Origin: Eledone cirrhosa
Lineage: Eukaryota
DNA length: 64,000 nt
Assembly (NCBI GenBank): GCA_964016885.1
Contig: OZ024741.1
Coordinates: 55,552,001 to 55,616,000, forward strand
Direction of reading: 5' to 3'
The position numbers and the translations under genes are program-made. Below are positions 23,329-36,914 of the stretch, in pieces. The notes below the pieces were generated by a model. It did no database searches. It worked only from the letters and a program-made list of their open reading frames with translations, and was not told where the DNA came from. Position 1 is the stretch's first letter. Each line of letters opens with the position of its first letter.

Positions 23329-25885
23329 ATACTTTTGGAGGGTCATGTTGCCAATCAGAAACACACGCACTCCAATTTATTATAAACATTTTTTTTTATT
23401 ATTTCTTTTTCATTTTTTTTTCATTTTTAAAAAAAAATTTATAAATTTCCGGTTGGTTGGTTCCACAACCGGACAGTTGTTCATATATTGTCAAAGTTCT
23501 TTCGTCACACATTCTGTGACCTCTTCAGTGACTCGGGATTCTTTTCTTTGTTTTGTGCCTCTCCTTTGTTCTGTCCTACGCCATCTTGTTTTTGTGTGTG
23601 CTGTGTGCTGAGTTTGCGCATGTGTTACATCCGGGTGTCTGTGTGTGTTTTTATTTGTTTATTTATTTATTTATTTACATATTACTGGTTTGTTGGTTGT
23701 TCTATGTGTGTGTGTTTTCATTTTGTCCTTAATTGTAAGTTGTGATGTTGCTATTCCATTCATGTTTTCTATTTAATTTTGGTTGGAGTTCATTTATGTT
23801 TATTGCCTCTGTGATTTGTCTAAACATTGCGTCTTTTCTGTGTGTAGATTTTATTTTTATTTCTATGTTCTCTAATTTGCCCTTATGTTCTATTTTAGCA
23901 TGTTGGTGGAGTATTGATTCTTTTCTATCTTGAAGCTCTCGCCAGTGTTCATTTAACCGTTCTCCTATACTACGAGCTGTCTCACCTATGTACACTATAT
24001 TCTTATCTTTACATTGTCCTTCAGTACATCTTATGCTATATACCATGTTTCTAGTTTTACAGTTATTATGAGGGCTTAGTTTACTGATTATGCATTTCTT
24101 ATCTATACACGGAGGTCTTTGAAAAGGGTATGTATTACTAATAAGTGTTTTTATGGAGGTACCTGGTCTTTCTACTATCTTAATATTAAGTTTAAGTTTA
24201 TCTAGGGCTCTTCTAAATTTGTAAGCTAATTCACCTCTAGGGATTGTATTGATGAACATTACACTCTGGTATTTATTGCTATCATACCATGAGTTTATTC
24301 TATTAACCTTATTCCTAGTTCTTTCTATTCTATTCCAAAATTTGCTCCTATACAAGGGGCAGGTCCCATTTGTATCATTATTTACCATTTTTTCCCATTT
24401 GGTTCTGGTTCCTCTATATACTCTGATTTTATCTCTCTGATTGTAACCAGAGAACTGCATACGGTGGATGAAGTGTTGTGTGTGTCTCTCTAGTTCTTTG
24501 GGGTTGCACATGCGGGACACGTTTCTCATCACCCGTACTAAATCCGCAATCAGTATGTTGATTTTGGTATGATCTGAAACAGCTGAGTTTCGGTGGATCA
24601 GATAATTGGAAGTCATGGGTTTGGCATAATGGGAATGGAGGATTTTTTTTTTGTTATTAATGGTTTCTAACCAGAGCTCTGTGTCTAGTACAGGTAATCG
24701 ATGGTTGGGGTGTTTGCTTGGGTAGTCTATAGTAACTCTAATACTCTGGTGGATGGAGTTAGCTATTTGCTGGATGCTTTCCATGGTGTTTTTCTCTAAT
24801 TCCTGACTGTTCTCTAGTGGGGGGTGTTTTTACTACGATGTTTATATCATCAACGTAGCGAGAGTACATTATCAGGGTTAAGAGGTTGCTGTCTTCTAAT
24901 TGTTCTTTAAGTTTATTGCCCCACCATACCATGAATAGGTTAGCTATGTCACCTGCAATGCTAACACCAATGGCTGCTCCCTCCTCTTGGGCATATGTTT
25001 TTCCATTAAATTTGAACATATGTTCTTTAAGGGTTAGTTTTATACTGGCCCCCACCGCATGTGCAATCATTTTCTTTAGTTCATCATGGTTTTCGGGGGT
25101 CCGTGTGGCTCTGGTCCACCCGTTCCATCTTTCTGTGTGGGTTTTCTTGGCCATTGAGGTAATGGTAGGTGGTCTGCCGCTTGCTGGTCTTGTGGGGCAG
25201 AGGTTGCTAAGGTCATACGTATCTAGATAATCATTACTATAAATAAGTTTAAGTAGGAGTCCCAGCTCACTGGTATCAATCCCACGGAATTCAACATTGC
25301 TCTCACTGATCATTTCTACGCATTTCTCCACAGCAAAATCCACGTCAATGGATGGATATAGGGACACAACATCCATACTACCTATTATACAGTCAAAATT
25401 AAATAGAAAACATGAATGGAATAGCAACATCACAACTTACAATTAAGGACAAAATGAAAACACACACACATAGAACAAACAACCAACAGTAACATGTAAA
25501 TAAACAAATAAATAAACAAATAAAAACACACACAGACCCCTGGATGTAACACATGCGCAAACTAAGCACACAACACACACAAAAATAAGATGGCGTAGGA
25601 CAGAACAAAGGAGAGGCACAAAACAAAGAAAAGAATCCCGAGTCACTGAAGAGGTCACAGAATGTGTGGCGAAAGAACTTTGACAATATATGAACAACTG
25701 TCCGGTTGTGGAACCAACCAAACAACCGAAAATTTATAAATTTTTTTGAAAAATTAAAAAAATTAAAATTGAAAGCAACTGGTGCGTGTGTTTCTTACTG
25801 GCAACATGACCCTCCCAAAGTATAACCATATCGGTTTCAACACACATTTTCAGATAAAGAAACTTGCTAAACAAATGCAGAAACT
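23324..25885 (-). mobile_element. Penelope-like element family A (RT plus GIY-YIG, one frameshift) with an inverted pseudo-LTR (25394-25885, plus strand) at its truncated 5' end
   Basis: GSMDVVSLYPSID, QEEGAAIG..IANLFM, YSRYVDD, LPVLD and YIGETARSIGERLNEH. (TA)n on both flanks. Confidence 0.95.
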
Positions 25886-26126
25886 ATATATATATATATA
25901 TATATAAAGAGGTAAATGCGAAGTTGTCGATGTTGGTGTCTTTTATTAATTGAGTAATTGAGCCGTTATACATATTTTCATGACGATAAGACTCTAACAT
26001 CTACAACTTCAGATTTTCCTTTTATAAATATACTCCGTCATCCTTGTTTTTAAGAAGTAATATGACGTCGAGTACTAGAAGTGAATTGTATCCTTCTATA
26101 CCGAATATATATATATATATATATAT

Positions 26127-26183
26127 AAATGTAAGTATGTATGTATACGTACATACATATATGTATACAGACGTACAGTAGCA

Positions 26184-26251
<68 letters not shown>

Positions 26252-26566
26252 CAGGTACACATACATATATGCACGTATCAGTTTAGCGGACGCTTATTAT
26301 AACGCCGCTTTGTTCGCTTGTAAAGTATATACTTTCGAACGTTCAACTATCTGGCAGAAGGGTATACGGTGCTGATGATAGCTAACAAGCTTGAAACTAG
26401 TACATCGTTCCTGTGTCAGTGTTGAACAAAAAGGTGACATGGTTGCCTTAACACCGTACGACATAAATTCAGGCTGTTCAGTTTGTTTACAAACGAACAA
26501 AGCGGCGTTATAATAAGCGTCCGCTAAACTGATACGTGCATATATGTATATGTACCTGTATGTATA

Positions 26567-26652
<86 letters not shown>

Positions 26653-26710
26653 TGCTACTGTACGTCTGTATACATATATGTATGTACGTATACATACATA
26701 CTTACATTTA
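26127..26710. mobile_element. Fold-back or MITE-like element whose roughly 200-bp inverted arms contain (TA)n
   Basis: gtatcagtttagcggacgcttattataacgccgctttgttcg is mirrored at 26492-26534. The symmetry continues outward through the TA tracts. Spacer about 155 bp. Confidence 0.7.
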
Positions 26711-26793
26711 AGTAAGTGCCGTACTAAGAGTGAGAAATGAAATTTCGTTTTCATTTTATTTCAACTTATATATATATATATATATATATATAT

Positions 26794-27368
26794 GTCTTTG
26801 CGTGCTATTGTTCTCCACGCTCCACATATGACTTATTATCTTCGTTTTTTCGTTCATTGCCAGAGAACGTCTCTATGCACTACCTAAGAGAATATTAGTC
26901 TTTGTCTTTGCGTGCTATTGTTCTCCACGCTCCACATATGACTTATTATCTTCGTTTTTTCGTTCATTGCCAGAGAACGTCTCTATGCACCACCTAAGAG
27001 AACATTAGTCTACGACCTCTTTTATACCATAAACGTGGTTCTGTCTTTGCGCGTAATTGTTTTACACCGCTCCTATTAATGACGTATTATTCGTTTTTTC
27101 CCGTTCTTTGCCAGGGAACGTTTCCACGAACCAAAGTATCGTCTTCCTGTCTTCCTCCGGTTGCAACGTTTTTTGAAATATCCAGTTCTGCGTTTACAGA
27201 TCGACTTTGTTAGTTTCAGAAGATCCCGTTAAGGGTGAAAGCAGCGATTCTTTGCTTAAACTTTAATCTGTTATTTTAATAAATATTTGCTCTACGGTTC
27301 TTATATATTTGATATATATTTTCCTTATCGAGCCCTCTTTGGATTTTAGTCTTCAATTTTATTATTAT

Positions 27369-27414
<46 letters not shown>

Positions 27415-27825
27415 GCTGACAAATTGTTCACAGTTGAAAAATGGTTTAATTAGGAATAAAAGAGTATTAGTGATTGTATGGGTTAGTATTCAGTTGTGGT
27501 TTTAAGTTTTTAAGTTTTTACCGGTTGCGCATTTCTAAATGCTTTTCAAAAATAATTTTGAGATAGAGTGTCCGTGCTGTTTGCTCTGATCAGAGCAGAG
27601 CAAACAGCACGGACACTCTATCTCAAAATTATTTTTGAAAAGCATTTAGAAATGCGCAACCGGTAAAAACTTAAAAACTTAAAACCACAACTGAATACTA
27701 ACCCATACAATCACTAATACTCTTTTATTCCTAATTAAACCATTTTTCAACTGTGAACAATTTGTCAGCATTTTCTATTCCGTTTACCAATATATAATAA
27801 CTTGTGTGTTACACCTCTATTTTTT

Positions 27826-27878
<53 letters not shown>

Positions 27879-28453
27879 ATAATAATAAAATTGAAGACTA
27901 AAATCCAAAGAGGGCTCGATAAGGAAAATATATATCAAATATATAAGAACCGTAGAGCAAATATTTATTAAAATAACAGATTAAAGTTTAAGCAAAGAAT
28001 CGCTGCTTTCACCCTTAACGGGATCTTCTGAAACTAACAAAGTCGATCTGTAAACGCAGAACTGGATATTTCAAAAAACGTTGCAACCGGAGGAAGACAG
28101 GAAGACGATACTTTGGTTCGTGGAAACGTTCCCTGGCAAAGAACGGGAAAAAACGAATAATACGTCATTAATAGGAGTGGTGTAAAACAATTACGCGCAA
28201 AGACAGAACCACGTTTATGGTATAAAAGAGGTCGTAGACTAATGTTCTCTTAGGTGGTGCATAGAGACGTTCTCTGGCAATGAACGAAAAAACGAAGATA
28301 ATAAGTCATATGTGGAGCGTGGAGAACAATAGCACGCAAAGACAAAGACTAATATTCTCTTAGGTAGTGCATAGAGACGTTCTCTGGCAATGAACGAAAA
28401 AACGAAGATAATAAGTCATATGTGGAGCGTGGAGAACAATAGCACGCAAAGAC
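26794..28453. repeat. Nested 1.66-kb inverted repeat: family C arms (26794-27371, 27877-28453) around an inner palindrome (27411-27829)
   Basis: The outer arms are almost identical and each holds a roughly 110-bp tandem duplication. The inner centre is ctctga|tcagag at 27589/27590. (TA)n occurs at all four junctions. Confidence 0.9.
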
Positions 28454-28505
28454 ATATATATATATATATATATATATATAACGACATATAGCAGGTAGAA
28501 ATATA

Positions 28506-28694
28506 CAGGTAAAATTCCGTTATAACGAATACCATTAAAATGAATTTTTCAGTATAACGAACATTTTTTCAATCCTCGAGGTAATAACAAACAAACGCTC
28601 GATTTGTTTGATCGGTCGATCTCGTTATAAAGAATTTTTCGTTACAACGAATAGTTTTATACCCCATGAATTTCGTTAAAACGGAATTTCACTG
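28506..28694. mobile_element. Tc1/mariner (pogo/Tigger-like) MITE
   Basis: Imperfect TIRs CAGGTAAAATTCCGTTATAACGAA / TTCGTTAAAACGGAATTTCACTG, TA on both sides, and internal ATAACGAA repeats. Confidence 0.75.
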
Positions 28695-29011
28695 TATATG
28701 TATGTCTGTGTATTTGTATATGTATGTACATATATGTGTGCGTGTGCGTGTTTATGTATATATGTATGAATGGATGTGCTTCGTAGAATCGAGACTTATC
28801 CGAAGACCGCGCGATTTCAGAGTCAGGTTTGATCACCACATCGATCCTGCCTCGAGCTGGTCGCCCGAGAAACAATTGTAATATGTCCAATAAATTCATT
28901 TCGTCGCAACACTAATTCTCTTTTTTCTGTGATATATATATATATGTATAATATAGATGAGATTCTACAGGACTAGAACTGTTTCATTCTTTAGAAATCA
29001 TCAGGAATCGT

Positions 29012-29068
29012 ATGAGATTCCTGATGATTTCTAAAGAATGAAACAGCTCTAGTCCTGTAGAATCTCAT
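29012..29068 (+). ncRNA. Type I hammerhead, mirrored on the minus strand at about 28957-29009 (palindromic element 28950-29150)
   Basis: ATGAGATTC-CTGATGA-TTTCTAAAGAAT-GAA-ACAG..CTGT-A|GAATCTCAT, giving a 9-bp stem I and 4-bp stem III. Confidence 0.8.
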
Positions 29069-29147
29069 CTATATTAAAACTTTTATACTCTGCAATGTAT
29101 TGAGTACCTTACTTACTGTGGTTACCTCCGATTCAACCCGGAATAAC

Positions 29148-29253
<106 letters not shown>

Positions 29254-30025
29254 ATAGGATATGGAACAATCATATATATATATATATATGGGGGGGGGGG
29301 GGGGTAAGGGCGGTGAAAGCATTTCTGATTTGTAGGGGCGGGGGCAATTTGGTCAATTTAGTTGTAGTGATTAATTTAGCTGCTTTTATCAAATATCAAC
29401 CAACATATAAAAAAACTTCGATATGTGATAAACATAACATCGATATGTGATAAACATAACATATACATAAATTGTAGCGCATATACAAATAGATGTGTGT
29501 TTTGGTAGTTTGGGGAGAAAAATATAATTATTGGTGGGGGGGGGGCTGCCTTATTTGCCAGCCTATTAGACGCACATTGTTTTTCTAAAAAGACATATAC
29601 AAATTTTCCTTGCATCCAATACACCCGTATCATCGATGGGAGGTCCAACGGAGGAGTGTTTTATACAAACTTTCTTGCGATAATCAGTTTGTAATTTTTT
29701 CACGTTTTAAAATCGAATCTTTCTCCTGCGGAACTAATGTTATCTCGCAGTGCACCAACCGACACACGAGTGTACTAAAGAGTTCTGTTTAGGAGCTAAT
29801 TGATAGCATATATTGTATAGGCCAATGTGGTAGAGCCTCTACATGGTAGCTCGACATAGTAGAAATAGCAATCAATACTCCCTCAAACTATACCATATGC
29901 ATTATGTATGTATCATTCTATATCTATCTGTATATACATATATATATATATATGTATATACAGATATATACTGCCAAGACTGGAATTGAACCATCAGCAC
30001 AGTTGAGGTATGTCAGACATCAATT

Positions 30026-30091
30026 TATTTTATCTGATGAGGACGTACTGATGAAATAGCTCAGTACCTCTGAAATATGTATAATAAAATA
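30026..30091 (+). ncRNA. Hammerhead motif in a short (TA)n-flanked element (about 29970-30235)
   Basis: TATTTTAT-CTGATGAG..GTACTGA/TCAGTAC..GAA-ATATGTAT-A|ATAAAATA. Confidence 0.7.
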
Positions 30092-30507
30092 TATTTGATC
30101 ACATGAATGTCTATATTTATGAATATTTTGAAATAATATTAATAACTCCAGAAAACCTCTCTGTTGAGTGCTTCTAATCTATTGTAAAACTTTATTCATT
30201 GATTAATCAATGAACCTTGTTAAACTTTTGGTTATATGTATATTTATATATATATATATGAGACAAAAGAGCAAGTCCCTACACGGTAGCTAGAAATAGT
30301 AGCCAAATCTTCCTCTAAATACAGGAACTCTGTTTAGGAGCTACTTGCTATCATATATTGTATAAGCCAGTGTAGTAGAACCTCTACATGGTAGGTAGAC
30401 CTAATAAAAATAGCAGACAATTCTCCCTCAAGCCACGCCTTGTTGTCTCATGTACCTACCTGCCTACCTACCTTTTTCTCTCTATGTATGTAAGTATGTA
30501 TGTATAC

Positions 30508-30918
30508 GGGAGAGATGACCCCTTAGCCTTTGTCAAGGCAGAATTCTAGGTGAAGGAAAACTCTGATATAACACCTGCAACCCTGATGGTATCCAATGAT
30601 GTTGACTTGTTCTTCTTTTTGGTAAATATCATCTTGGTTAAGAGAGTGGGACTGGCTTTGTGCAGTGCCTTTGCTCACTATAAAAGCTTCACAGCACAGG
30701 CATTGCTTTATATCTGGAGATCTCTCTGCACTTGTCGTCACATGGTACCATGGGCCCAGCACTATGTGTCAATAATTGTCACAAGTGTAGTGTTTGTACC
30801 AGAGTTTTCAAGTCGCTGGCTGGACTAAAAAATCACACTCGTTCAGCGCATCGGTAGGAGTTCTCCTACATGGATATAAAGTAGTGGCCGTACTCGAAAA
30901 CGAGTTGGCAGCCACCAT
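30508..30918 (+). mobile_element. Non-autonomous LINE-derived (RTE-like) repeat ending in a C2H2 zinc-finger remnant
   Basis: Copies at 42070-42556 (minus), 48368-48558 (plus) and 63755-64000 (plus). The 3' part encodes CSVCTRVFKSLAELKIHTRSAH and ends gttggcagccaccat plus microsatellite. Confidence 0.6.
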
Positions 30919-31122
30919 GTATGTATGTATGTATGTATGTATGTATGTATGTATGTATGTATGTATGTATGTTTGTATGTAAGTATGTATGTATGTATGT
31001 ATGTAAGTATGTATGTATGTAAGTATGTATGTATGTAAGTATGTAAGTATGTATGTATGTATGTATGTATGTATGTATGTATGTATGTATGTAGGTATGT
31101 ATGTAGGTATGTATGTAGGTAT

Positions 31123-31556
31123 GTTCTTCTGGTTTTATAAGTTTTACCAATAGAGAGAGAGTCGGTTTCTAACATAGTCACAAGACTCTCTCATTGGAAT
31201 TTACACAACATCAACTAGGTAGATATGTCTACATGTCTGCATGCATGCATGTGTAGATATGGATGTTATCGTATGTGGGGATGTGGATGTTTTGAGTCGT
31301 ATGTGTGCATGTGTATATGCTTTGTATCTGTACATGTGTATATGCAGTTATTAGATGCAAAATGTTTGGAATGTTTTACATATTTTTACTGTTCCATTAA
31401 TGGATTGTACTTGTAGTTTCCTAACTAGTTGTGTTCTTTCTGTTCCTGTGAAGAAGCATAGCTTCTCAAGATTTGTATTGAGGCAGTTGCTAACATATCC
31501 CAGTGCCCCAATAATCACAGGCATAAATCTGAAGGTGTAATCAGGGTGGAGTATCA
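31123..31556 (-). mobile_element. 3' fragment of R4/Dong-like LINE inside (TATG)n
   Basis: YTFRFMPVIIGALGY..INGTVKICKTF plus a 3' UTR homologous to 41470-41905. Confidence 0.8.
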
Positions 31557-32032
31557 TGTATGTTTGTAAGTATGTATGTATGCCATCCAAAAATGTGTAA
31601 ATATGTATGTACAATATGTATGCATGTATGTATGTGTATGCATATGTATGTATATGAGCGGGGACATAGAAATAATCGGGCTGGATACCAGATCGCGCGG
31701 TTAAACCACTGGGAGTGAAGGACCCCTAGTCTTTTTCAGGGCATTCTTCTAGGAGAAGGCAACTCAGGAAAATGGGATAACTCCGACATAAAACCTGCGG
31801 CTCAGCAGTTACCGATGATGCTGATCTTTTTCTCTTTTTTCGGGTTATAGCTACTGTTGCTCAGAGAGTGGGATTGGCTCAGTGCACAGTCTTCCGTCAC
31901 TTTAAAAAATATCTTCACACACAGGCATTGCACGATAGAATTAATTAATAATTATTAATAATGTTATATCGTGCAATGGCCATACTCGATAAAGGCAGCC
32001 ATCATGTATGTATGTATCTATGTATATGTATG

Positions 32033-32151
<119 letters not shown>

Positions 32152-32969
32152 GCGAGGCCACTACGCAATAGCTGGACATAATAGAAATAGCAGCTAATTC
32201 TCCCTCAAATCACACACTACAGTCTTATGTTTGTATGAGCTAATGATAACTAGACCTGTTAAAAGTCACAGCCAAATCTCCCTCAAAATGAATACAGGTG
32301 GTCTGTTTGGGAGTTACTTGTATATATGTATAAGTCAATGTGGTAGACCGTCCTCTACATAGTACCTAAATCTGTTAGAAATACCAACCAATTCCCCCCT
32401 CAAAACACACCGTACTATATTATCTATGTATATACCAACGAAGACTAATCTCTACATTATGGTTAAACCTGGTAGAAACAGCAGCCAAATCGTCCTCAAT
32501 TTACACATTAGTCCCTCTATGTGTGAAAGAGTTGCTAGAACATAGTAAATTTATTTCATTATTCTAAAATAATAATTAATATTGATAATGCCATAGGATT
32601 CCTACAACTAGGAATTGCGAAGGGAAAAAAAGTGTTTTTTTATACTATTACTTCGTCAACGTATTAATCATTTACATCATTAAAAAAAAAGAATGGACTT
32701 TATTAAAGACACCAAAGGTCCAGGCGTTGCTTGTAATATCCCTCGGTTCTTTTGAAAAACAATATTTTAAAAAATTAAGGACTTTATTAATTACTGTTGG
32801 TATAAAGTGTCCTATAAACGTCAATGTTGTAAATCCCTCACTTGGCCATTTGAAATTACGTCATTACGCATGCGTGAACCGCTCTGTACTTCCCAACTTT
32901 TCCCACTTCGAAGCTACGACGTAACACAGGAGGGGGTTTCTTGCTATGTTAAACTAAGTGACAGGCAGA

Positions 32970-33285
32970 TTACATCTACCACCCCAGACCAAAAATATAG
33001 CATTCAGACCTCTCCAAATGGAATTTGCCTACCACCCCAGATCAAGAAATAATACAGCGTCTAGACCCCTCGAAAAGGCGGTCGCCCTCACAGAATTTGT
33101 CTACTACTTCAGATAAAAAAAAATAATGTAGCGTTCAGGCCTTTCCAAATGTGGTGACCTTCACAGAATTTGCCTACCACCCCAGATCAAGAAATAATAT
33201 AGCATTCAGACGTCTCCAAATGTGGTCACTCTCACGGAATTTTTCTACCACCCCAGATGAAGAAATACAGCGTTCAGACCCCCAC
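32970..33285. repeat. Degenerate minisatellite, units about 55-75 bp
   Basis: gaatttgcctaccaccccagatcaagaaataata..gcrttcagac recurs about 5 times. Confidence 0.7.
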
Positions 33286-33321
33286 CCCCCGCGCCAATTT
33301 GAGAGTTCTACTTTATATGGT

Positions 33322-34830
33322 AGAGGTGAGTAGCTTAATGGTTAAAGTGTTAGGCTCATGATCGTAATCCCACGTGAGTTCGATTCCAAGCAGCATATGT
33401 TGTTCTTGAGCAAGATACTTTCTTTCACATTATTCCAGCTGGGGAAAAACAATTAGCCATACCTGTGATTTAAAACGCCACTTTTGTCACCCGTAATTCA
33501 TATGACCAGCACTGTCTCACACAGTGTCATGCTAAATCTCCCTGAGAATTGCATTAATAATGCACGCGTCTGTAGAATACTCAACCATTTACACTATAAT
33601 ACAGGAGGGAGGGACATCATCATCATGAACGACGTTTAACGTCCATTTTCCACGTTAGCATGGGTTAGACGGATTGTCCCATTGTGAGACAAGCCAGGTC
33701 GAGAACAGTGTTTTGCTCACACAGAACTGGTTCTGGCTTGGTTTCTATGGTTGGATGCCCTTCCTAACACCAACCACATTTACAGTGTGGGCTGGGTGCT
33801 TTTGTCGGCACACCTATACGACCACTTTACTGTGTGGGCTAGGCACTTTTTGTCGGGCCACCTACATGACCTCTTTACAGTGTGGGCTGGAGGCTTTTTA
33901 TCGTGATACCTGCATGACCTCTTTACAGTGTGGGCTGAGTGCATCTACACGACCACTCTACAGTGTGTATTGGGGACTTGGTTGGGGGACATGCATGGTG
34001 AATTGGGGAAGTAGATCTAGGGGTGGGCTGTTAGGACGTGGGAAGTGTATGGGAGGAGTGATGGGAGGAAGGCGGTACATACTAGATGTATGCCTCAGTC
34101 CCTGCATATGGGAAGGCCTGTCTTTTGTATTATTGCATAGCTCCAGAGATCAAAGTCCTGAGTTATCGACTTTCAGCGGTTCAATAGTGCAAGGTCAATT
34201 CAAAGGACCAGCTCCGAAATGCTGAATATCTCTGAGAACTCATTAAGGGTACACGTGTTTATGGAATACGTAATCACTTACACTGTAATACATAACGATT
34301 TCCTGTAATACAAAGGGTCAGTTATGTCACACACTGTGCCATGCTGAATCTCCCTGAGAACTACGTTTGGGGTACACGTCTTTGTGGGGGTGCTCAGCCA
34401 CTTAACACAATAATGATTTCTTATATCTAAATATACATGCAGAGAGGAAGAGAGAGAGAGAGATAACACTATAATACAAGATGGATTGTACCGGTAATTC
34501 AAAGGGCGAGCCTTTCATACACCGTGTGCCATGCTGAATCTCCCTGAGAATTATGTTAAGTGTACACATGTCTGTGGAATACTCAGCCACTTACACTGTA
34601 ATACAAAAACGATTGTTCCTGTAATACGAGTCAGCCCAGTCAAATACTGTGTTATACTGAATCTCCTTGAGAATTGCGTTAAGAGTACACGTGTATGTGG
34701 AATGGTCGGCCACTTACACTTACACTGTACCTGTTATTCAAAGGGTCAGCTTTGTCTGCGCTCGGCCACTTGCAGGATATGTACACGAGCAGGCTGTTCT
34801 GTTGTTCGGGCAGGGATCGTGTGAACGCGC
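33322..34830 (+). mobile_element. tRNA-derived SINE head with repeated SINE body and tail fragments, interrupted by an RTE 3' fragment (33617-33965)
   Basis: tagcttaatggttaaag..gagttcgattcc, then repeated ctgaatctccctgagaa..acacgtgtctgtgga..ctcagccactta blocks. Confidence 0.6.
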
Positions 34831-35095
34831 TCATACACACATAAAACCTTAACTATGGAAGAAAAACAAGGACATAATTAAGAATTATCTATGGAATGAA
34901 ATCGGGGATATAACTGAGTTTTTTAACAGTTTAATTAAGCCAAGGAGTTACAATGACAATGAAGACGAATCACTAGTTAAAAATAAAAGTGATTCTGTCC
35001 AAAGAATGGAAGAAATAAAGCACAAGACTCCTATTGTGAAAACATTATGAATTTTCCTTTCGAGAAAATTTGGAAATAAAACACAAAATCAAATA

Positions 35096-35157
<62 letters not shown>

Positions 35158-35270
35158 CACACACGCACCACAAGACAAAAGAAAAACTATATCCATTCTT
35201 TTTTTTTAGCTAATTTTACAAACCCTGAAATATAGCTTGAACTCTGGACACTATAAAACCCCACTTAAAT

Positions 35271-35340
<70 letters not shown>

Positions 35341-35728
35341 CAGAACAACAATATGTCATCTAGATTATTATTATAAATAGAAAACTAATTTTCTATTTAA
35401 ACTAAGAGAATTTTCTAGTGAATCGATTGAATCCTGATCTGTATAACCCCATCACCACACCACCTTCATAGAGTATATATATATATAGTATATAAGAAGA
35501 AATTTTAACAGAAACTTTATATATGTTCTAACTGCTCATAGAATTTAAGAATAAACTTTCTTGATATTTGATAAAATGATCCCACCATTGGAAATCGGTA
35601 ATATTTGACAAATTTAAATCCATTTAATGTAATGATTATAGAAATATTCATTCTGTCGGATTAAAGAAAAGACATTTTTTCAAATATACCTCGGTGCTTT
35701 TTCGCTTATATATATATATATATATATT

Positions 35729-36448
35729 GTCCGCGCATTGCCTGGAGACTTAGCTGAGAATAGACTCCCTGATGACGCAATGAATTCTCGACAGTTAGAT
35801 TACGTAACTGTCTTTATCCCATTGCAGAAACTAATTAGTTGGAGTGAAAATTTAAGTAAGTAAGTTAATTTTTTTTTTTTTTTAAATGTTCTTATTTTAC
35901 GTCTTTTATATTATTGTTCTGCATCCTCCTGCATTGAACCACCTAGGTACTATGACATAACCTGTGTATTTGCTGGCATTAGCGTACATCTGTGCGCTTA
36001 TGTTAGTAGATATATTAAATTATCTATATTTATCTCCAAATCACTGATTTGTCGAGCAAACCTGCCAAAACCACTTCTAAATTTTTTGGGGGGTGTTAGT
36101 AGGCGTCTGTCATCTTACCATCCCATTCCTACTGACTAGCCTCTGTGTCACGTGATTGATTCTTTAGAATCGGCCATTTGACTAGAGGCAGCGAGGATTT
36201 CAGTGCATGGAATTTAGTCCCCGCTAGCTGTTCCATCTACCGAATTATTATTATTTTTATATGAGTCCCCGGTGTCCGCGCATTGCCTGGAGACTTAGCT
36301 GAGAATAGACTCCCTGATGACGCAATGAATTCTCGACAGTTAGATTACGTAACTGTCTTTATCCCATTGCAGAAAGTAATTAGTTGGAGTGAAAATTTAA
36401 GTAAGTTAATTTTAAAAAAAAAAATTTTTTTAATTTTCTTATTTTACG

Positions 36449-36455
<7 letters not shown>
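35729..36455 (+). mobile_element. Non-coding element with a 545-bp period (about 1.3 units), HHR in each direct repeat, (TA)n flanks
   Basis: gtccgcgcattgcctggagac at 35729 and 36274 opens direct repeats of about 180 bp. Confidence 0.85.
35764..35845 (+). ncRNA. Type I hammerhead (second copy 36309-36390 has a stem III mutation)
   Basis: ACTCC-CTGATGA-C-GCAATG..GACAGTTA/TAACTGTC..CATTGC-A-GAA-ACTAATTAGT-T|GGAGT. Confidence 0.85.
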
Positions 36456-36511
<56 letters not shown>

Positions 36512-36518
<7 letters not shown>

Positions 36519-36831
36519 GTGAGGTTTTTTTTACAAAATGAAAAATAACCGAGGTGTCCTACACGAGTGAAAGTATAAAGAAAAAAAGATGAAATCGAAA
36601 ATGCAACTGAGTCTTATTTTTAAAAAAATATATATATTTATTTGGTTCCTTTAACCGGTTTCGCAGGTCTGTGGTTTTTCTCACGTCATGTGAGAAAAAC
36701 CACAGACCCTCCATCTCAACTCTACTTTTGAAAAGCAGAAGAACTGCGAACCGGTAAAGGAACCAAATAAATATATATATTTTTTTTTAAATAAGACTCC
36801 AGTTGCATTTTCGATTTCATCTTTTTTTCTT
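36512..36831. mobile_element. Family F palindromic element in (TA)n with HHR 3' half (GAAACCGGT) plus AATAAA
   Basis: Arms are mirrored around ttctcac-gtcat-gtgagaa. A single-arm copy lies at 46082-46345 (minus). Confidence 0.7.
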
Positions 36832-36854
36832 ATATATATATATATATATATATG

Positions 36855-36912
<58 letters not shown>

Positions 36913-36914
36913 TT

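Noticed and set aside
32970-33285. Repeat-spacer-like pattern
   Set aside because: The intervening segments are homologous to one another, so this is a degenerate minisatellite.
34855-35700. Possible decayed PLE coding region
   Set aside because: There are only faint motif hints across stops, too weak to call without a profile search.
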